Shown here piece after piece: positions 41,349 to 52,211 of a stretch of 64,000 nt of DNA. The position numbers and the translations under genes are program-made. Positions within the stretch are counted from its first letter, which is position 1. Each line of letters opens with the position of its first letter. Under the pieces are notes generated by a model. The model was not told where the DNA came from. It made no database searches and saw only the letters and a list, made by a program, of their open reading frames with translations. Location: NCBI RefSeq assembly GCF_030384885.1, contig NZ_CP128613.1, one strand, 5' to 3'. The stretch comes from Escherichia coli. GTDB taxonomy: Bacteria > Pseudomonadota > Gammaproteobacteria > Enterobacterales > Enterobacteriaceae.

Positions 41349-43028
41349 TTATTTAATCCACATAACCTGCCAGGGGCGCAGCGTTATTTCATTACCCACT
41401 ATATCAACTTCACTAATCAGATCCCGACCGTGCAGGTCAGTAATATTTATATGCTGAATATTTTCACCGACATTAAACAATCCTGTCAGACAATTACCAT
41501 CCGCGTTGCTTCTTTGAATACGCATTACGGATGAATTAACCGTATCGATGGTAAAATCATTATCTGGATGAAACTCGTTATGACTGCGACGAATTTTAAT
41601 TAGTCGCGACAATTCATGATATACCGCGTGCCTTAACGTCGCTTTATTGTTCAGTTCGGTCGTGATCTCTTCGCTGGTGTATTTTTTACGGTTAATCGCA
41701 CGGTTATATCCCAGTTTTTCGACACCTGCGTAATCATTACGCGAGCCCAGAATACTTTGAATATATATCGCTGGCACACCGGGGAAAATTAACAAAATCG
41801 CATGGGCAAGGATAAACCGGGCACAGCGTTCTTCGTCACTGCAATCGCGATGGCTCAATGCGTCCATGTAGGTCACATTCATTTCATACGGACTGCGCGT
41901 ACCATCGGGATTATTTTTCCAGTTTACTAATGCCCCTTCCTGCTGTAACGCCTCGACTAGCGCTAATATCTCGCTTTCAGGCAACAAGCCTCGCAGTGGG
42001 TTAAGTCCAATACCATCATGAGACGCGAGGAAGTTAAACCAGGTGGTTTTGCTGGAAGGCAACGTCAGACTTTGCGCCCACTGGCACAGCGCCTCGACGT
42101 TCTGTTTTTGCACCGCATGTAACACCAGCGGCGGCAGTGAGAACTGGTACACCATATGCGCTTCGTCATCGCCGTTGCCAAAGTAAGCAATGTTGTCTTT
42201 ATGCGGGACATTGGTCTCAGTAATGATGACTGTCCCCGGCGCGACGCTATCAGTAATGGCGCGTAACAGTTTGATAATTTGATGTGTTTTATCCAGGTGG
42301 ATGCAACTCGTTCCCGGCTCTTTCCACATAAAGCCAACGGCATCCAGACGGACATACTCTGCGCCTTTTTCCAGGTAACACAACAGCACATCTACCATCG
42401 CCAGTAATACATCTGGGCTGCGATAATTGAGGTCAATTTGATCGTCGCTAAAGGTGGTCCATAAATGGCGCGTTGAATGATCGCGCATCTGGAATGGCGT
42501 TAATAACGGTAACGCACGCGGGCGAGTGACGGCGCTGAGATCGGTTTGCGGGTCAACGGCAATAAAAAAATCTTCAAAACCTGGCTGCTGTTGTAAATAG
42601 TTTTTAAACCATTCACTTTTTGCCGACATATGGTTGCAGACAAAATCAAACATTAAATGACTGCATTCACCGAGTTGCTGAATATCCTGCCACTCCCCCG
42701 CTTCACTGGCGACCTGATGATAATCAATTACCGAAAAGCCATCATCAGATGACCATGGATAAAACGGCAACAAATGAACATGTGAAAAAATGCTTTGCAG
42801 CCAGTGATGGTAAAACTGATTAAATGTGGGTAGTGGTTTTAAATCATTACTGTGAAATTGATCGGCATAGGTAATTAACACGACATCACTTTCATCCCAG
42901 TGTTTTTTACGTCGCTGTGTAATTAATCTTTTCGCACTCTCAAGACGCGTTACAAGTTTCTGTAAATGAGTCGCGGTAAATGTTCCACCGTAGATTTCGT
43001 CCAGGTAATCCGTAATTTTCTGTTTCAT
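41349..43028 (-). CDS. ycjM: glucosylglycerate phosphorylase YcjM (GH13 sucrose-phosphorylase-like)
   Basis: 559-aa product starting MKQKITDYLDEIYGG. The track ORF begins 9 codons upstream. Confidence 0.88.
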   Translation of the reverse strand: MKQKITDYLDEIYGGTFTATHLQKLVTRLESAKRLITQRRKKHWDESDVVLITYADQFHSNDLKPLPTFNQFYHHWLQSIFSHVHLLPFYPWSSDDGFSVIDYHQVASEAGEWQDIQQLGECSHLMFDFVCNHMSAKSEWFKNYLQQQPGFEDFFIAVDPQTDLSAVTRPRALPLLTPFQMRDHSTRHLWTTFSDDQIDLNYRSPDVLLAMVDVLLCYLEKGAEYVRLDAVGFMWKEPGTSCIHLDKTHQIIKLLRAITDSVAPGTVIITETNVPHKDNIAYFGNGDDEAHMVYQFSLPPLVLHAVQKQNVEALCQWAQSLTLPSSKTTWFNFLASHDGIGLNPLRGLLPESEILALVEALQQEGALVNWKNNPDGTRSPYEMNVTYMDALSHRDCSDEERCARFILAHAILLIFPGVPAIYIQSILGSRNDYAGVEKLGYNRAINRKKYTSEEITTELNNKATLRHAVYHELSRLIKIRRSHNEFHPDNDFTIDTVNSSVMRIQRSNADGNCLTGLFNVGENIQHINITDLHGRDLISEVDIVGNEITLRPWQVMWIK

Positions 43029-43241
43029 GTTGCCTTTCCGTGGTAGCGGTCCCATGAAACGAGAGACTACTCCGCAGAAAATAAACTGTCAATTGAGCAC
43101 AAGGGTTTTAGTCACGCAGGAAATCATTTTTTACCAGGGAAAAAGCGTATTTGTGAGCTGACGCAAATAATCTATGGGGATGTAAATAAGGTGTGACAGA
43201 AAAAGTAAACGGCGCATAAGCGCCGCTTAGGGGGGATTCTT

Positions 43242-43556
43242 TTAACCTTTGACCTTCGGCATTGCGATGTCTTTCAGGCCGCCAGCGTTCTCAACGTGGG
43301 TATATCCCATCTCGCTAAGGATCTCTTTTGCCTGCCCTGACTGGCGTCCGGCATTGCAATACACTTTCACGGTGTCGTTTTTATCCGGAACGGCGGTGGC
43401 AATGCGCTCTTTCACTTCCTTCAGGGGAATATTGATGGCTCCCTGAACGTGCTCTTGCTGATACTGCTCTGGAACACGAACATCGATCCAGTGTTCAGCG
43501 GCGAAAACGGGCAGTGAAAACACCACTGTCAGAGCAAGTAAGCCTTTTTTAAACAT
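43242..43556 (-). CDS. pspE: thiosulfate sulfurtransferase PspE (periplasmic rhodanese)
   Basis: 104-aa ORF with a signal peptide and the CNAGRQS active-site loop. Confidence 0.93.
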   Translation of the reverse strand: MFKKGLLALTVVFSLPVFAAEHWIDVRVPEQYQQEHVQGAINIPLKEVKERIATAVPDKNDTVKVYCNAGRQSGQAKEILSEMGYTHVENAGGLKDIAMPKVKG

Positions 43557-43630
43557 GTAAGCGTCCTTCTATGGATGAAAATTGCCATCCATAATACGCC
43601 TTAGCTTTAACAATTTTTGCGAAACTCCCC

Positions 43631-43852
43631 TCACCTTTTATAACGCTGCGCCAGTTTATTGGCAGCCCGACTTAACAGCGGTTCCAGCGCCACGGCCAGC
43701 AACATTTTCAGCGGTCGGCGAGCAACTGATTTTATCGCCCAACCAGCTACACCCGCCGGGCCATAGCGCAGTGCGGTAAGAAGTACCAGCTTGCCTGCTA
43801 ATTTGAAACCAGGCTTCACCTTTTGCCCGGCCTGTTGCCAGCGAGTATTCAT
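43631..43852 (-). CDS. pspD: phage shock protein D
   Basis: 73-aa product starting [12 protein letters not shown]. Confidence 0.85.
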
Positions 43853-43860
43853 AACTTTCC

Positions 43861-44220
43861 TCACAGTTGACGGAAACGGCTACGTAACGTGAAAGTATCG
43901 GAAGTGACATAACGTTCCATCTCGCGTAAACGCGTTTCACTGGCCGCCAGTTCACGGTCGACATCATCCAGCAATTCGCTGCTGGAAGGTAGCTGCTCAC
44001 CAAAGGCCATGTTGTCCGGCATTGGATCAAGCGCAAATGACAAAATGATGTAAGCAACCAGGGTAAACAGCGCCAGACCGAAGAAAATCGACAGCACCAC
44101 CAGGATACGCACCAGTTTTACCGGTACATCAAAATAGTTGGCAATCCCGGCGCAGACGCCACGTACCATGCCCTGCTGTGGAATACGCCATAATTTTTTA
44201 TTGAGATTAATACCCGCCAT
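43861..44220 (-). CDS. pspC: phage shock protein C
   Basis: 119-aa ORF with a single TM segment. Its start overlaps the pspB stop. Confidence 0.9.
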
Positions 44221-44444
44221 TAGCGATCCCTCCAGTTCGGATGTTCTGCATCAAGAATGGATTCCAGTGCCTGAATACGTTCGCGCATCCGTTTTGCTTC
44301 ATCAGCCAGTTGCGCTAATCGTTGCTGCTCACTTTGCGACAATTCACCGCGACCGGAACGATTGCTGTAATGCAGCCATAACCAGATCGGTAAAACAAAC
44401 AGCACAAAAATGGTTAACGGAATAGCCAGAAATAGCGCGCTCAT
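44220..44444 (-). CDS. pspB: phage shock protein B
   Basis: 74-aa ORF with an N-terminal TM segment. Confidence 0.9.
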   Translation of the reverse strand: MSALFLAIPLTIFVLFVLPIWLWLHYSNRSGRGELSQSEQQRLAQLADEAKRMRERIQALESILDAEHPNWRDR

Positions 44445-44497
44445 AAGTACTCCTTAGACGATGAGCGGCGGCGCGTTCGGACGCCGCCTGGATGTTA

Positions 44498-45238
<741 letters not shown>

Positions 45239-45332
45239 TTATCTTTTTGATTTATAAAGATCTGATTGAAGAATCAACAGCAACATGCCAGGATGAGTTA
45301 GCGAATTACACTAACAAGTGGCGAATTTCATC

Positions 45333-46310
45333 ATGGCAGAATACAAAGATAATTTACTCGGTGAGGCGAACAGCTTTCTCGAAGTGCTGGAACAGGTTTC
45401 GCATCTCGCACCGCTGGACAAACCGGTGCTCATCATCGGCGAGCGCGGCACAGGTAAAGAGCTGATTGCCAGCCGTCTGCATTATCTCTCCTCCCGTTGG
45501 CAGGGGCCGTTTATTTCCCTTAACTGCGCGGCGTTAAATGAAAATCTGCTGGATTCCGAACTGTTTGGTCACGAAGCGGGCGCGTTTACCGGTGCGCAAA
45601 AACGTCATCCAGGGAGATTTGAACGTGCCGACGGCGGTACGCTATTTCTTGATGAACTCGCTACGGCACCGATGATGGTACAGGAGAAATTATTGCGCGT
45701 GATTGAGTACGGTGAACTGGAGCGCGTTGGCGGCAGCCAGCCATTGCAGGTGAATGTGCGGTTAGTATGCGCGACGAATGCCGATCTCCCCGCGATGGTC
45801 AATGAAGGTACTTTTCGCGCTGACCTGCTCGACCGGCTGGCTTTCGATGTAGTGCAACTGCCGCCCCTGCGCGAGCGCGAAAGCGACATTATGCTGATGG
45901 CAGAACACTTTGCCATTCAGATGTGTCGGGAAATCAAGCTGCCTCTGTTCCCGGGTTTTACGGAGCGCGCCAGAGAAACATTGCTGAATTATCGCTGGCC
46001 GGGAAATATTCGTGAATTGAAAAACGTGGTGGAACGTTCAGTGTATCGCCACGGCACCAGCGAGTATCCGCTGGATGAAATTATTATTGATCCCTTTAAA
46101 CGGCGTCCACCTGAAGAACCCATCGCCGTTCCAGAAAACACTTCACTTCCGACGCTGCCACTGGATTTACGTGAGTTTCAGATGCAGCAGGAAAAAGAGT
46201 TGCTGCAACTCAGTTTGCAACAAGGGAAATATAACCAGAAGCGCGCGGCTGAATTACTGGGGTTAACCTATCATCAGTTCCGCGCGTTGTTGAAAAAGCA
46301 CCAGATTTAG
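45333..46310 (+). CDS. pspF: sigma54-dependent activator PspF (AAA+ plus HTH, no receiver domain)
   Basis: 325-aa product starting MAEYKDNLLGEANSF. It has Walker A GERGTGKE, GAFTGA and a C-terminal HTH. Confidence 0.93.
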   Translation: MAEYKDNLLGEANSFLEVLEQVSHLAPLDKPVLIIGERGTGKELIASRLHYLSSRWQGPFISLNCAALNENLLDSELFGHEAGAFTGAQKRHPGRFERADGGTLFLDELATAPMMVQEKLLRVIEYGELERVGGSQPLQVNVRLVCATNADLPAMVNEGTFRADLLDRLAFDVVQLPPLRERESDIMLMAEHFAIQMCREIKLPLFPGFTERARETLLNYRWPGNIRELKNVVERSVYRHGTSEYPLDEIIIDPFKRRPPEEPIAVPENTSLPTLPLDLREFQMQQEKELLQLSLQQGKYNQKRAAELLGLTYHQFRALLKKHQI

Positions 46311-46330
46311 CGAAGTTGGGCAATACAACT

Positions 46331-46412
46331 TGCCGGATGCGGCGTGAACGCCTTATCCGGCATACATAATCAATACGTCGTTTGCAGGCCTGATAAGCGC
46401 AGCGCATCAGAC
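46331..46412. repeat. BIME (two REP units) between pspF and puuE
   Basis: TGCCGGATGCGGCGTGAACGCCTTATCCGGCATAC and GCAGGCCTGATAAGCGCAGCGCATCAG. Confidence 0.8.
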
Positions 46413-46429
46413 ATTATTGCGTTGGGCTA

Positions 46430-47695
46430 TTAATCGCTCAGCGCATCCTGCAATATTTTCATTGCCGCATCGAATTGCGCATCCGGGATGGTCAGCGGAT
46501 ACAGGAAGCGAATCACGTTGCCGTATGCGCCACAGGTCAGCAGGAGCAGCCCCTGCGCCAGCGCGCGTTGCTGGATTTTCTGTGCAATCGCCGCTGACGG
46601 CTCGCCCGTTTGCGGATCGTTAAACTCTGCCGCAATCATCGACCCCAGACCGCGTACCGCCGCGATGGCCGGAACGCTTTCTTTGGCATCAATCAACGTA
46701 TTTGTCAGACGCTGGCCCAGTTGATTAGCGCGTTCGCAAAGGGATTCTTTGTCGATAATGTTGAGCACCGCGTGCGCGGCAGCCACCGCCAGCGGGTTCC
46801 CGGCGTAGGTACCACCAAGCCCGCCCGGCGCGGGCGCGTCCATGATATTCGCGTTACCGACCACGCCCGAAAGCGGCATCCCGCCCGCGAGGCTTTTCGC
46901 CATCGTCATTAAGTCCGGCTTATCGGCGTAGTGATCCATGGCAAACAGTTTACCGGTACGCGCAAAGCCGCTTTGCACTTCATCGGCAATCATCACAATA
47001 CCGTGCTCGTCGCACAGGCGGCGAATGGCGGCAACCAGCTCTTTTGGCGCAACGTTGAAACCGCCTTCGCCCTGCACCGGTTCGAAAATAATCGCCGCCA
47101 CCTGCTTCGCTTCAATGTCCGATTTAAACAAGCGTTCGATGGCATCGAGGGAGTCCTGCGTTGAAACGCCATGTAAATCTGACGGATAAGGTACGTGATA
47201 CACCGAACCGGGGAACGGGCCGAAGCCGATTTTGTACGGCGCGACCTTTCCGGTCAGCGCCATGGTCATATATGTACGACCGTGGAAGCCGCCGCTAAAC
47301 GCAATCACGCCAGGGCGTCCGGTATGGGCGCGGGCGATTTTCACCGCGTTCTCCACCGCTTCCGCACCGGTGGTGAAGAACGCAGTTTTAGCCTGCCCGC
47401 TCACCGGGGCAAGGGCGTTGATTTTCTCCGCCAGGGTGACGTAGCTTTCGTACGGCACAATCTGATACGCCGTGTGGGTAAACTGTTGCAATTGCTGCTC
47501 CACCGCCGCGACCAGATCAGGGTGGCGATGCCCGGTATTCAGCACCGCAATGCCTGCGGCGAAATCGATATATTCGTTGCCCTCTACATCCTTCAGCGTG
47601 GCGTTTTCTGCCGACTGGGCGAAGAAGTTACACATCACGCCAACCCCGCGTGGGGTAGCAGAAAGACGACGCTGATGGAATTCATTGTTGCTCAT
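46430..47695 (-). CDS. puuE: 4-aminobutyrate aminotransferase PuuE
   Basis: 421-aa class III PLP aminotransferase. Confidence 0.93.
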   Translation of the reverse strand: MSNNEFHQRRLSATPRGVGVMCNFFAQSAENATLKDVEGNEYIDFAAGIAVLNTGHRHPDLVAAVEQQLQQFTHTAYQIVPYESYVTLAEKINALAPVSGQAKTAFFTTGAEAVENAVKIARAHTGRPGVIAFSGGFHGRTYMTMALTGKVAPYKIGFGPFPGSVYHVPYPSDLHGVSTQDSLDAIERLFKSDIEAKQVAAIIFEPVQGEGGFNVAPKELVAAIRRLCDEHGIVMIADEVQSGFARTGKLFAMDHYADKPDLMTMAKSLAGGMPLSGVVGNANIMDAPAPGGLGGTYAGNPLAVAAAHAVLNIIDKESLCERANQLGQRLTNTLIDAKESVPAIAAVRGLGSMIAAEFNDPQTGEPSAAIAQKIQQRALAQGLLLLTCGAYGNVIRFLYPLTIPDAQFDAAMKILQDALSD

Positions 47696-47732
47696 GTTTC
47701 ACACCTTTTGACTCTTCACTGTTAATCGGAAA

Positions 47733-49013
47733 TTAAACGCCCAGACGATCGCGCAAGCTGTAATAAGCCGCGCCCATCGCGGTAAATGGCACGCGCAGCG
47801 TGCGCCCGCCGGGGAACGGGTAATGCGGCAGATTGGCGAAGGCGTCGAAGCGTTCGGCGTCACCGCGCAGCAGTTCAGCAATCAAACGCCCGGCAAGATG
47901 GGTACAGGTGACGCCGTGGCCGCTGTAACCCTGCATGTAATAGATGTTGGTATCAAGGCGACCGAACTGCGGCATGCGCGACAAGGTCAGCAGGAAGTTG
48001 CCCGTCCAGCGGTAATCAATTTTCACGCCCTTCAGCTGCGGGAAGGTCTTCAGCAGTTTCGGCACAACAAGACGCTCAACGTCATCCGGGTCGCGCGCGC
48101 CGTAGACCACGCCGCCACCGTACAGCAGGCGGTTATCGGCAGTCAGGCGGTAGTAATCAAGAAGATAGTTACAGTCTTCCACACAGTAGTTTTTCGGGAT
48201 CAGCGAACGGGCTAAATCTTCCGACAGCCGCTCGGTGGTGATCACCTGCGTGCCGCACGGCATGCTGCGTTTCGCCAGTTCCGGCTCTACTTTATCGCCC
48301 AGATACGCATTCCCGGCGACAATCACATACTTCGCCGTCACCTGACCATTGGCAGTCCGCACCACGGCTGGCGTGGTGTGCTGGATCTGCGTCACGGCGG
48401 AAAGCTCATACACGCGCCCGCCGTTCAGGCGAATGGCATCGGCTTCACCAATGGCGAGGTTTAGCGGATGAATATGCCCACCGCTGTGATCCAGCAGCGC
48501 ACCAGTGTAGCGATCGCTGGCGACCTCGCGGCGAATAGCGTTGGCGTCCAGCAGCTCCAGCTGTTTATTGCCGTAGCGTTCCCAGTTCTCTTTCTGCTCT
48601 TCGAGTGTGGCGAGTTGTTTATCATTCATCGCCACAAACAGGCCGCCGGGGCGATAGTCGCAGTCAATCTGATAACGTTTGATACGTTCGCGGATGATCT
48701 CGCCACCCTCGAACATCATGCTGCCGAGCATACGGGCGGTATCCATGCCGTAGCTTTTTTCGATAACGTCGATGTCGCGGCTGTAGGAGTTCACAAGCTG
48801 CCCGCCGTTGCGTCCGCTTGCGCCGAAGCCGATGCGTGAGGCTTCAAGAACCACCACATCAAAGCCCGCTTCCGCCAGATGCAGCGCGGAGGAAAGCCCG
48901 GTATAGCCGCCGCCGACCACGCAAACGTCGCAGGAAATCGACTCATTCAGCGTGTCGAATGGCGCGTATTTATTCGCACTGGCGGCGTAATAACTGCTGG
49001 TATGTTCGGTCAT
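47733..49013 (-). CDS. puuB: gamma-glutamylputrescine oxidase PuuB (FAD)
   Basis: 426-aa ORF with the GGGYTG FAD-binding motif. Confidence 0.93.
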   Translation of the reverse strand: MTEHTSSYYAASANKYAPFDTLNESISCDVCVVGGGYTGLSSALHLAEAGFDVVVLEASRIGFGASGRNGGQLVNSYSRDIDVIEKSYGMDTARMLGSMMFEGGEIIRERIKRYQIDCDYRPGGLFVAMNDKQLATLEEQKENWERYGNKQLELLDANAIRREVASDRYTGALLDHSGGHIHPLNLAIGEADAIRLNGGRVYELSAVTQIQHTTPAVVRTANGQVTAKYVIVAGNAYLGDKVEPELAKRSMPCGTQVITTERLSEDLARSLIPKNYCVEDCNYLLDYYRLTADNRLLYGGGVVYGARDPDDVERLVVPKLLKTFPQLKGVKIDYRWTGNFLLTLSRMPQFGRLDTNIYYMQGYSGHGVTCTHLAGRLIAELLRGDAERFDAFANLPHYPFPGGRTLRVPFTAMGAAYYSLRDRLGV

Positions 49014-49014
49014 T

Positions 49015-50502
49015 TCAGGCCTCCAGGCTTATCCAGATGGTTTTCAGTTCGGTGAATTTTTCAAGGGCGTGCAGGGATTTGTCGCGACCGTTGCCGCTCT
49101 GCTTATAGCCGCCAAACGGCACGGTCATATCACCGTCGTTGTAGTTATTGACGAAGACGGAACCGGCTTTCAGGCGGCGACTCATGCGGTGCGCGCGGGA
49201 GAGGTCGCGTGTCCATACCGCCGCGCCAAGTCCGTACTGGCTGTCGTTGGCAAGCTGTAGCGCCTGCTCTTCTGCTGTGAAACGCGTGACCACCAGCACC
49301 GGGCCGAAAATCTCTTCGCGACTTAAGGACGCATTCGGGTCCACATCCACAAAGATGGTCGGGCCGATGGCCGCAGCCAGCTCGGCGTTACGGCCATCCA
49401 GCAGCAGTTGCCCTTTGCTTTCGCCTTCCCGAATAAAGCTATGCACCGAGTCAGCGTGGGCGCAGTCGATTAAGGTGCCCATGGTGGTCGCGGGATCAAG
49501 CGGATGCCCCGGCTGCCAGTTTTGCGCCTGCTGTTTTAACAGGTCTAAGAATTCATCGGCGATGCTATCTTCCAGCAACAAACGCGTTCCGGCGATGCAC
49601 ACCTGGCCCTGGTTATAAAAGATGCCCGCGGCGGTGGCACTCGCTGCCTGTTGCAGATCCGGGCAGTCGGCGAAAACGATGTTGGCGCTTTTGCCGCCCG
49701 CTTCCAGCCAGACGCGTTTCATGTTGCTGTCGCCTGCATCTTTCAGCAGTTGTTTCCCGGTGCGGGTCGAGCCGGTAAAGGCGATAACGTCGATATCGTT
49801 ATGACGCGACAGCGCCTGGCCCGCTTCATGACCAAAACCCGTCACCACGTTCAGCACACCATCCGGCAGACCTGCTTCTTTCGCCAGCCCGGCGAGACGA
49901 ATCGCGCTAAGCGGTGATTTTTCAGACGGTTTTAGAATCACGCTGTTTCCCGCCGCCAGCGCCGGGCCGAGTTTCCAGCAAGTCAGCAGCAGCGGGAAGT
50001 TCCACGGCACGATGGCGGCAATCACGCCGACCGGTTCACGCACGATCATCGCCAGCTCATGGCTACTGGTGGTCGCCACTTCGCCATACACTTTGTCGAT
50101 GGCTTCGGCGTACCAGCGAATGGCGCGCGCCGCGCCGGGAATATCATCACGCAGGCTGTGACAAATTGGTTTGCCGGTGTCGAGCGTTTCCAGCAGCGCC
50201 AGCTCTTCGGCGTGGGCTTCCATTAAATCGGCGAGTTTATTCAGTACCGCTTTACGTTTTGCCGGAGAAGAGTGTGACCAGTCGCCGCGTTCAAATACGC
50301 CGCGTGCTGCGCTCACCGCACGGTCGATATCGACGCTCTTGCCGCGGGCAATTTTCGCCAGCGGTGCCTGGGTGACCGGATCAACGGTTTCAAAAGTTTC
50401 ATTTTCCGCCGCAGCAGTATATTCACCGTTAATAAATAAGCGGGTTTCAATGGCGAGACTTAACGCTTTATCCTGCCAGTAAGCCAGATGATGAAAATTC
50501 AT
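49015..50502 (-). CDS. puuC: gamma-glutamyl-gamma-aminobutyraldehyde dehydrogenase PuuC
   Basis: 495-aa aldehyde dehydrogenase starting MNFHHLAYWQDKA. It has the catalytic Cys (GQVCIAG). The track ORF starts 32 codons upstream. Confidence 0.9.
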   Translation of the reverse strand: MNFHHLAYWQDKALSLAIETRLFINGEYTAAAENETFETVDPVTQAPLAKIARGKSVDIDRAVSAARGVFERGDWSHSSPAKRKAVLNKLADLMEAHAEELALLETLDTGKPICHSLRDDIPGAARAIRWYAEAIDKVYGEVATTSSHELAMIVREPVGVIAAIVPWNFPLLLTCWKLGPALAAGNSVILKPSEKSPLSAIRLAGLAKEAGLPDGVLNVVTGFGHEAGQALSRHNDIDVIAFTGSTRTGKQLLKDAGDSNMKRVWLEAGGKSANIVFADCPDLQQAASATAAGIFYNQGQVCIAGTRLLLEDSIADEFLDLLKQQAQNWQPGHPLDPATTMGTLIDCAHADSVHSFIREGESKGQLLLDGRNAELAAAIGPTIFVDVDPNASLSREEIFGPVLVVTRFTAEEQALQLANDSQYGLGAAVWTRDLSRAHRMSRRLKAGSVFVNNYNDGDMTVPFGGYKQSGNGRDKSLHALEKFTELKTIWISLEA

Positions 50503-50651
50503 TATGACTCCTGTTTCACGTGTATCAGATATATGCAGTTTGTGAACGTCAGGGCGCAGAGATCCCCGGGCCGCATGCCCGTTTATTTCTGGCGACATTC
50601 TTTATGGATTGCCGGGCGCATTGCGCTTACCCGGCTTACAGAACAAAAAGA

Positions 50652-51209
50652 TTAAAACGTGGTGGGCGTATGGGCGCTGATAATTCGGCAAATACCTGCC
50701 GACGTATTACTGAAACTGTGCGGGATGCCGGTATTAATGGCATAACTTTGCCCCGCGACGAGGTGGTAATCCTGACCATTAATCGTCAGAACAATTTCAC
50801 CTTCCAGTACAGTGCCTATTTCCTCACCCTGATGCTTAATTCTTTCCCCAGTGGTTGTACCCGGCTGGTAAGTTTCAAAGATCATCGCCAGCGTGCGATT
50901 CGGGTTACCGTTATGAACCAGCTTCATTGACACACCCTGACTGCCCATCTCAATTAAGTCGTCCTGATTAATGACGACCTGTGGCTCATCAGGTTTTTCC
51001 GGCTCGGAAAAGAATTCCGAGAGTGACAGACCATACACCTTCAGCAGCTTTTGCAGCGTACTGATGGCAGGGCTGACTTTATCTTGTTCTATCGTACTGA
51101 TAGCACTGTGAGTCAGCCCGGAGAGTTCGGCGGCACGACGTTGTGAAAGCCCCTGCTGCTGGCGGATTTCCGACAAGCGTTTTCCTGGCGCCAGTCCCTC
51201 ATCACTCAT
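50652..51209 (-). CDS. puuR: HTH-XRE/cupin repressor PuuR
   Basis: 185-aa ORF with an N-terminal XRE HTH and a C-terminal cupin. Confidence 0.93.
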   Translation of the reverse strand: MSDEGLAPGKRLSEIRQQQGLSQRRAAELSGLTHSAISTIEQDKVSPAISTLQKLLKVYGLSLSEFFSEPEKPDEPQVVINQDDLIEMGSQGVSMKLVHNGNPNRTLAMIFETYQPGTTTGERIKHQGEEIGTVLEGEIVLTINGQDYHLVAGQSYAINTGIPHSFSNTSAGICRIISAHTPTTF

Positions 51210-51235
51210 ATTTGCATTTCCTTAAACTGTAGTGG

Positions 51236-52000
51236 TCAGAGTCGCTGTTTTTCAGCGATATGGTGCTGACAAGCGGTGATAAAGCCCTCGAACAATATAC
51301 GCGAAAGCGCGTACTCGCTACTGTTCCATTCCGGGTGCCACTGTACGCCCAGCGCAAAAGGATGATTGATGACGCTAACCGCCTCAACTAAGCCATCCGG
51401 TGAGCGAGCTTCAACACGCAACCGTGGGCTAACGACCTTCGCCCCTTGTCCATGCAGAGAGTTTACCCAAAAGTTGCTACATTCAGGTAACAACGCAGAC
51501 AGCAATCCCCCCTCTTCAACCTGAACTTCATGCGACGGTGCATATTGCTGTTCCACCGGCAGTTCGGGATCTTCCCGATGTTCCAGCAATTCAGGCTGTT
51601 CGCACAGCTTGCGATGCAACGAACCACCGGTTGCCACCACCAGTTCCTGTAAACCCCGGCAGATGGCGAAAATGGGGATGCGCCTTTCGAGTGCGGCATT
51701 AATTAACGCCATGCTCAGAAGATCACGCCCGGGATCGGCGTCAGGCTCATCGCCGTTTTCACCATATAGGTGCGGCTGCACATTGCTGGGACTACCAGGA
51801 AGATAAATACCATCGAGTTTCGGCAAAAGTTGTTCAAGTAATGACGGTTCCGCCAGCGCATGTGGCAGCGCAATTGGCAAGCCGCCTGCGTGGATGATGG
51901 CATTCAGGTACTTTTCTTGCAGAGTCTGGGTCGCATGACCCTTAAGCCTGTTCCTGCACATTACGACACCGATAACCGGATTGTTCATTATATTTTCCAT
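51236..52000 (-). CDS. puuD: gamma-glutamyl-GABA hydrolase PuuD (class I glutamine amidotransferase-like)
   Basis: 254-aa product starting MENIMNNPVIGVVMC. It has the catalytic Cys (ICRGLQ). Confidence 0.9.
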   Translation of the reverse strand: MENIMNNPVIGVVMCRNRLKGHATQTLQEKYLNAIIHAGGLPIALPHALAEPSLLEQLLPKLDGIYLPGSPSNVQPHLYGENGDEPDADPGRDLLSMALINAALERRIPIFAICRGLQELVVATGGSLHRKLCEQPELLEHREDPELPVEQQYAPSHEVQVEEGGLLSALLPECSNFWVNSLHGQGAKVVSPRLRVEARSPDGLVEAVSVINHPFALGVQWHPEWNSSEYALSRILFEGFITACQHHIAEKQRL

Positions 52001-52211
52001 GCTCAATCTCACAAAGTGGACTAAATTATCGCCATTACTGCGCTTTAAATGACCTTTATGTTCAATATTTTTTCAATCTAGCAGCGAGTTTTCATTTTTG
52101 CAAACTCAATTTAACATTTGACAAACATTTAGTTTGCATACAGATTCGAATGGTGGTCATTATATTTTACGCTTTGATAACGAGCGGAAAACAAACCAAA
52201 GGCGAAGAATT

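Noticed and set aside
43211-43235. Hairpin GGCGCATAAGCGCC downstream of pspE, as a possible terminator
   Set aside because: It has a short stem and no clear U-run on the pspE strand. I left it unannotated.
52013-52211. PuuR operator sites in the puuA-puuD divergent spacer
   Set aside because: The AT-rich spacer contains repeated ATGGT/ACCAT-like motifs. I could not confidently place the PuuR box from memory.
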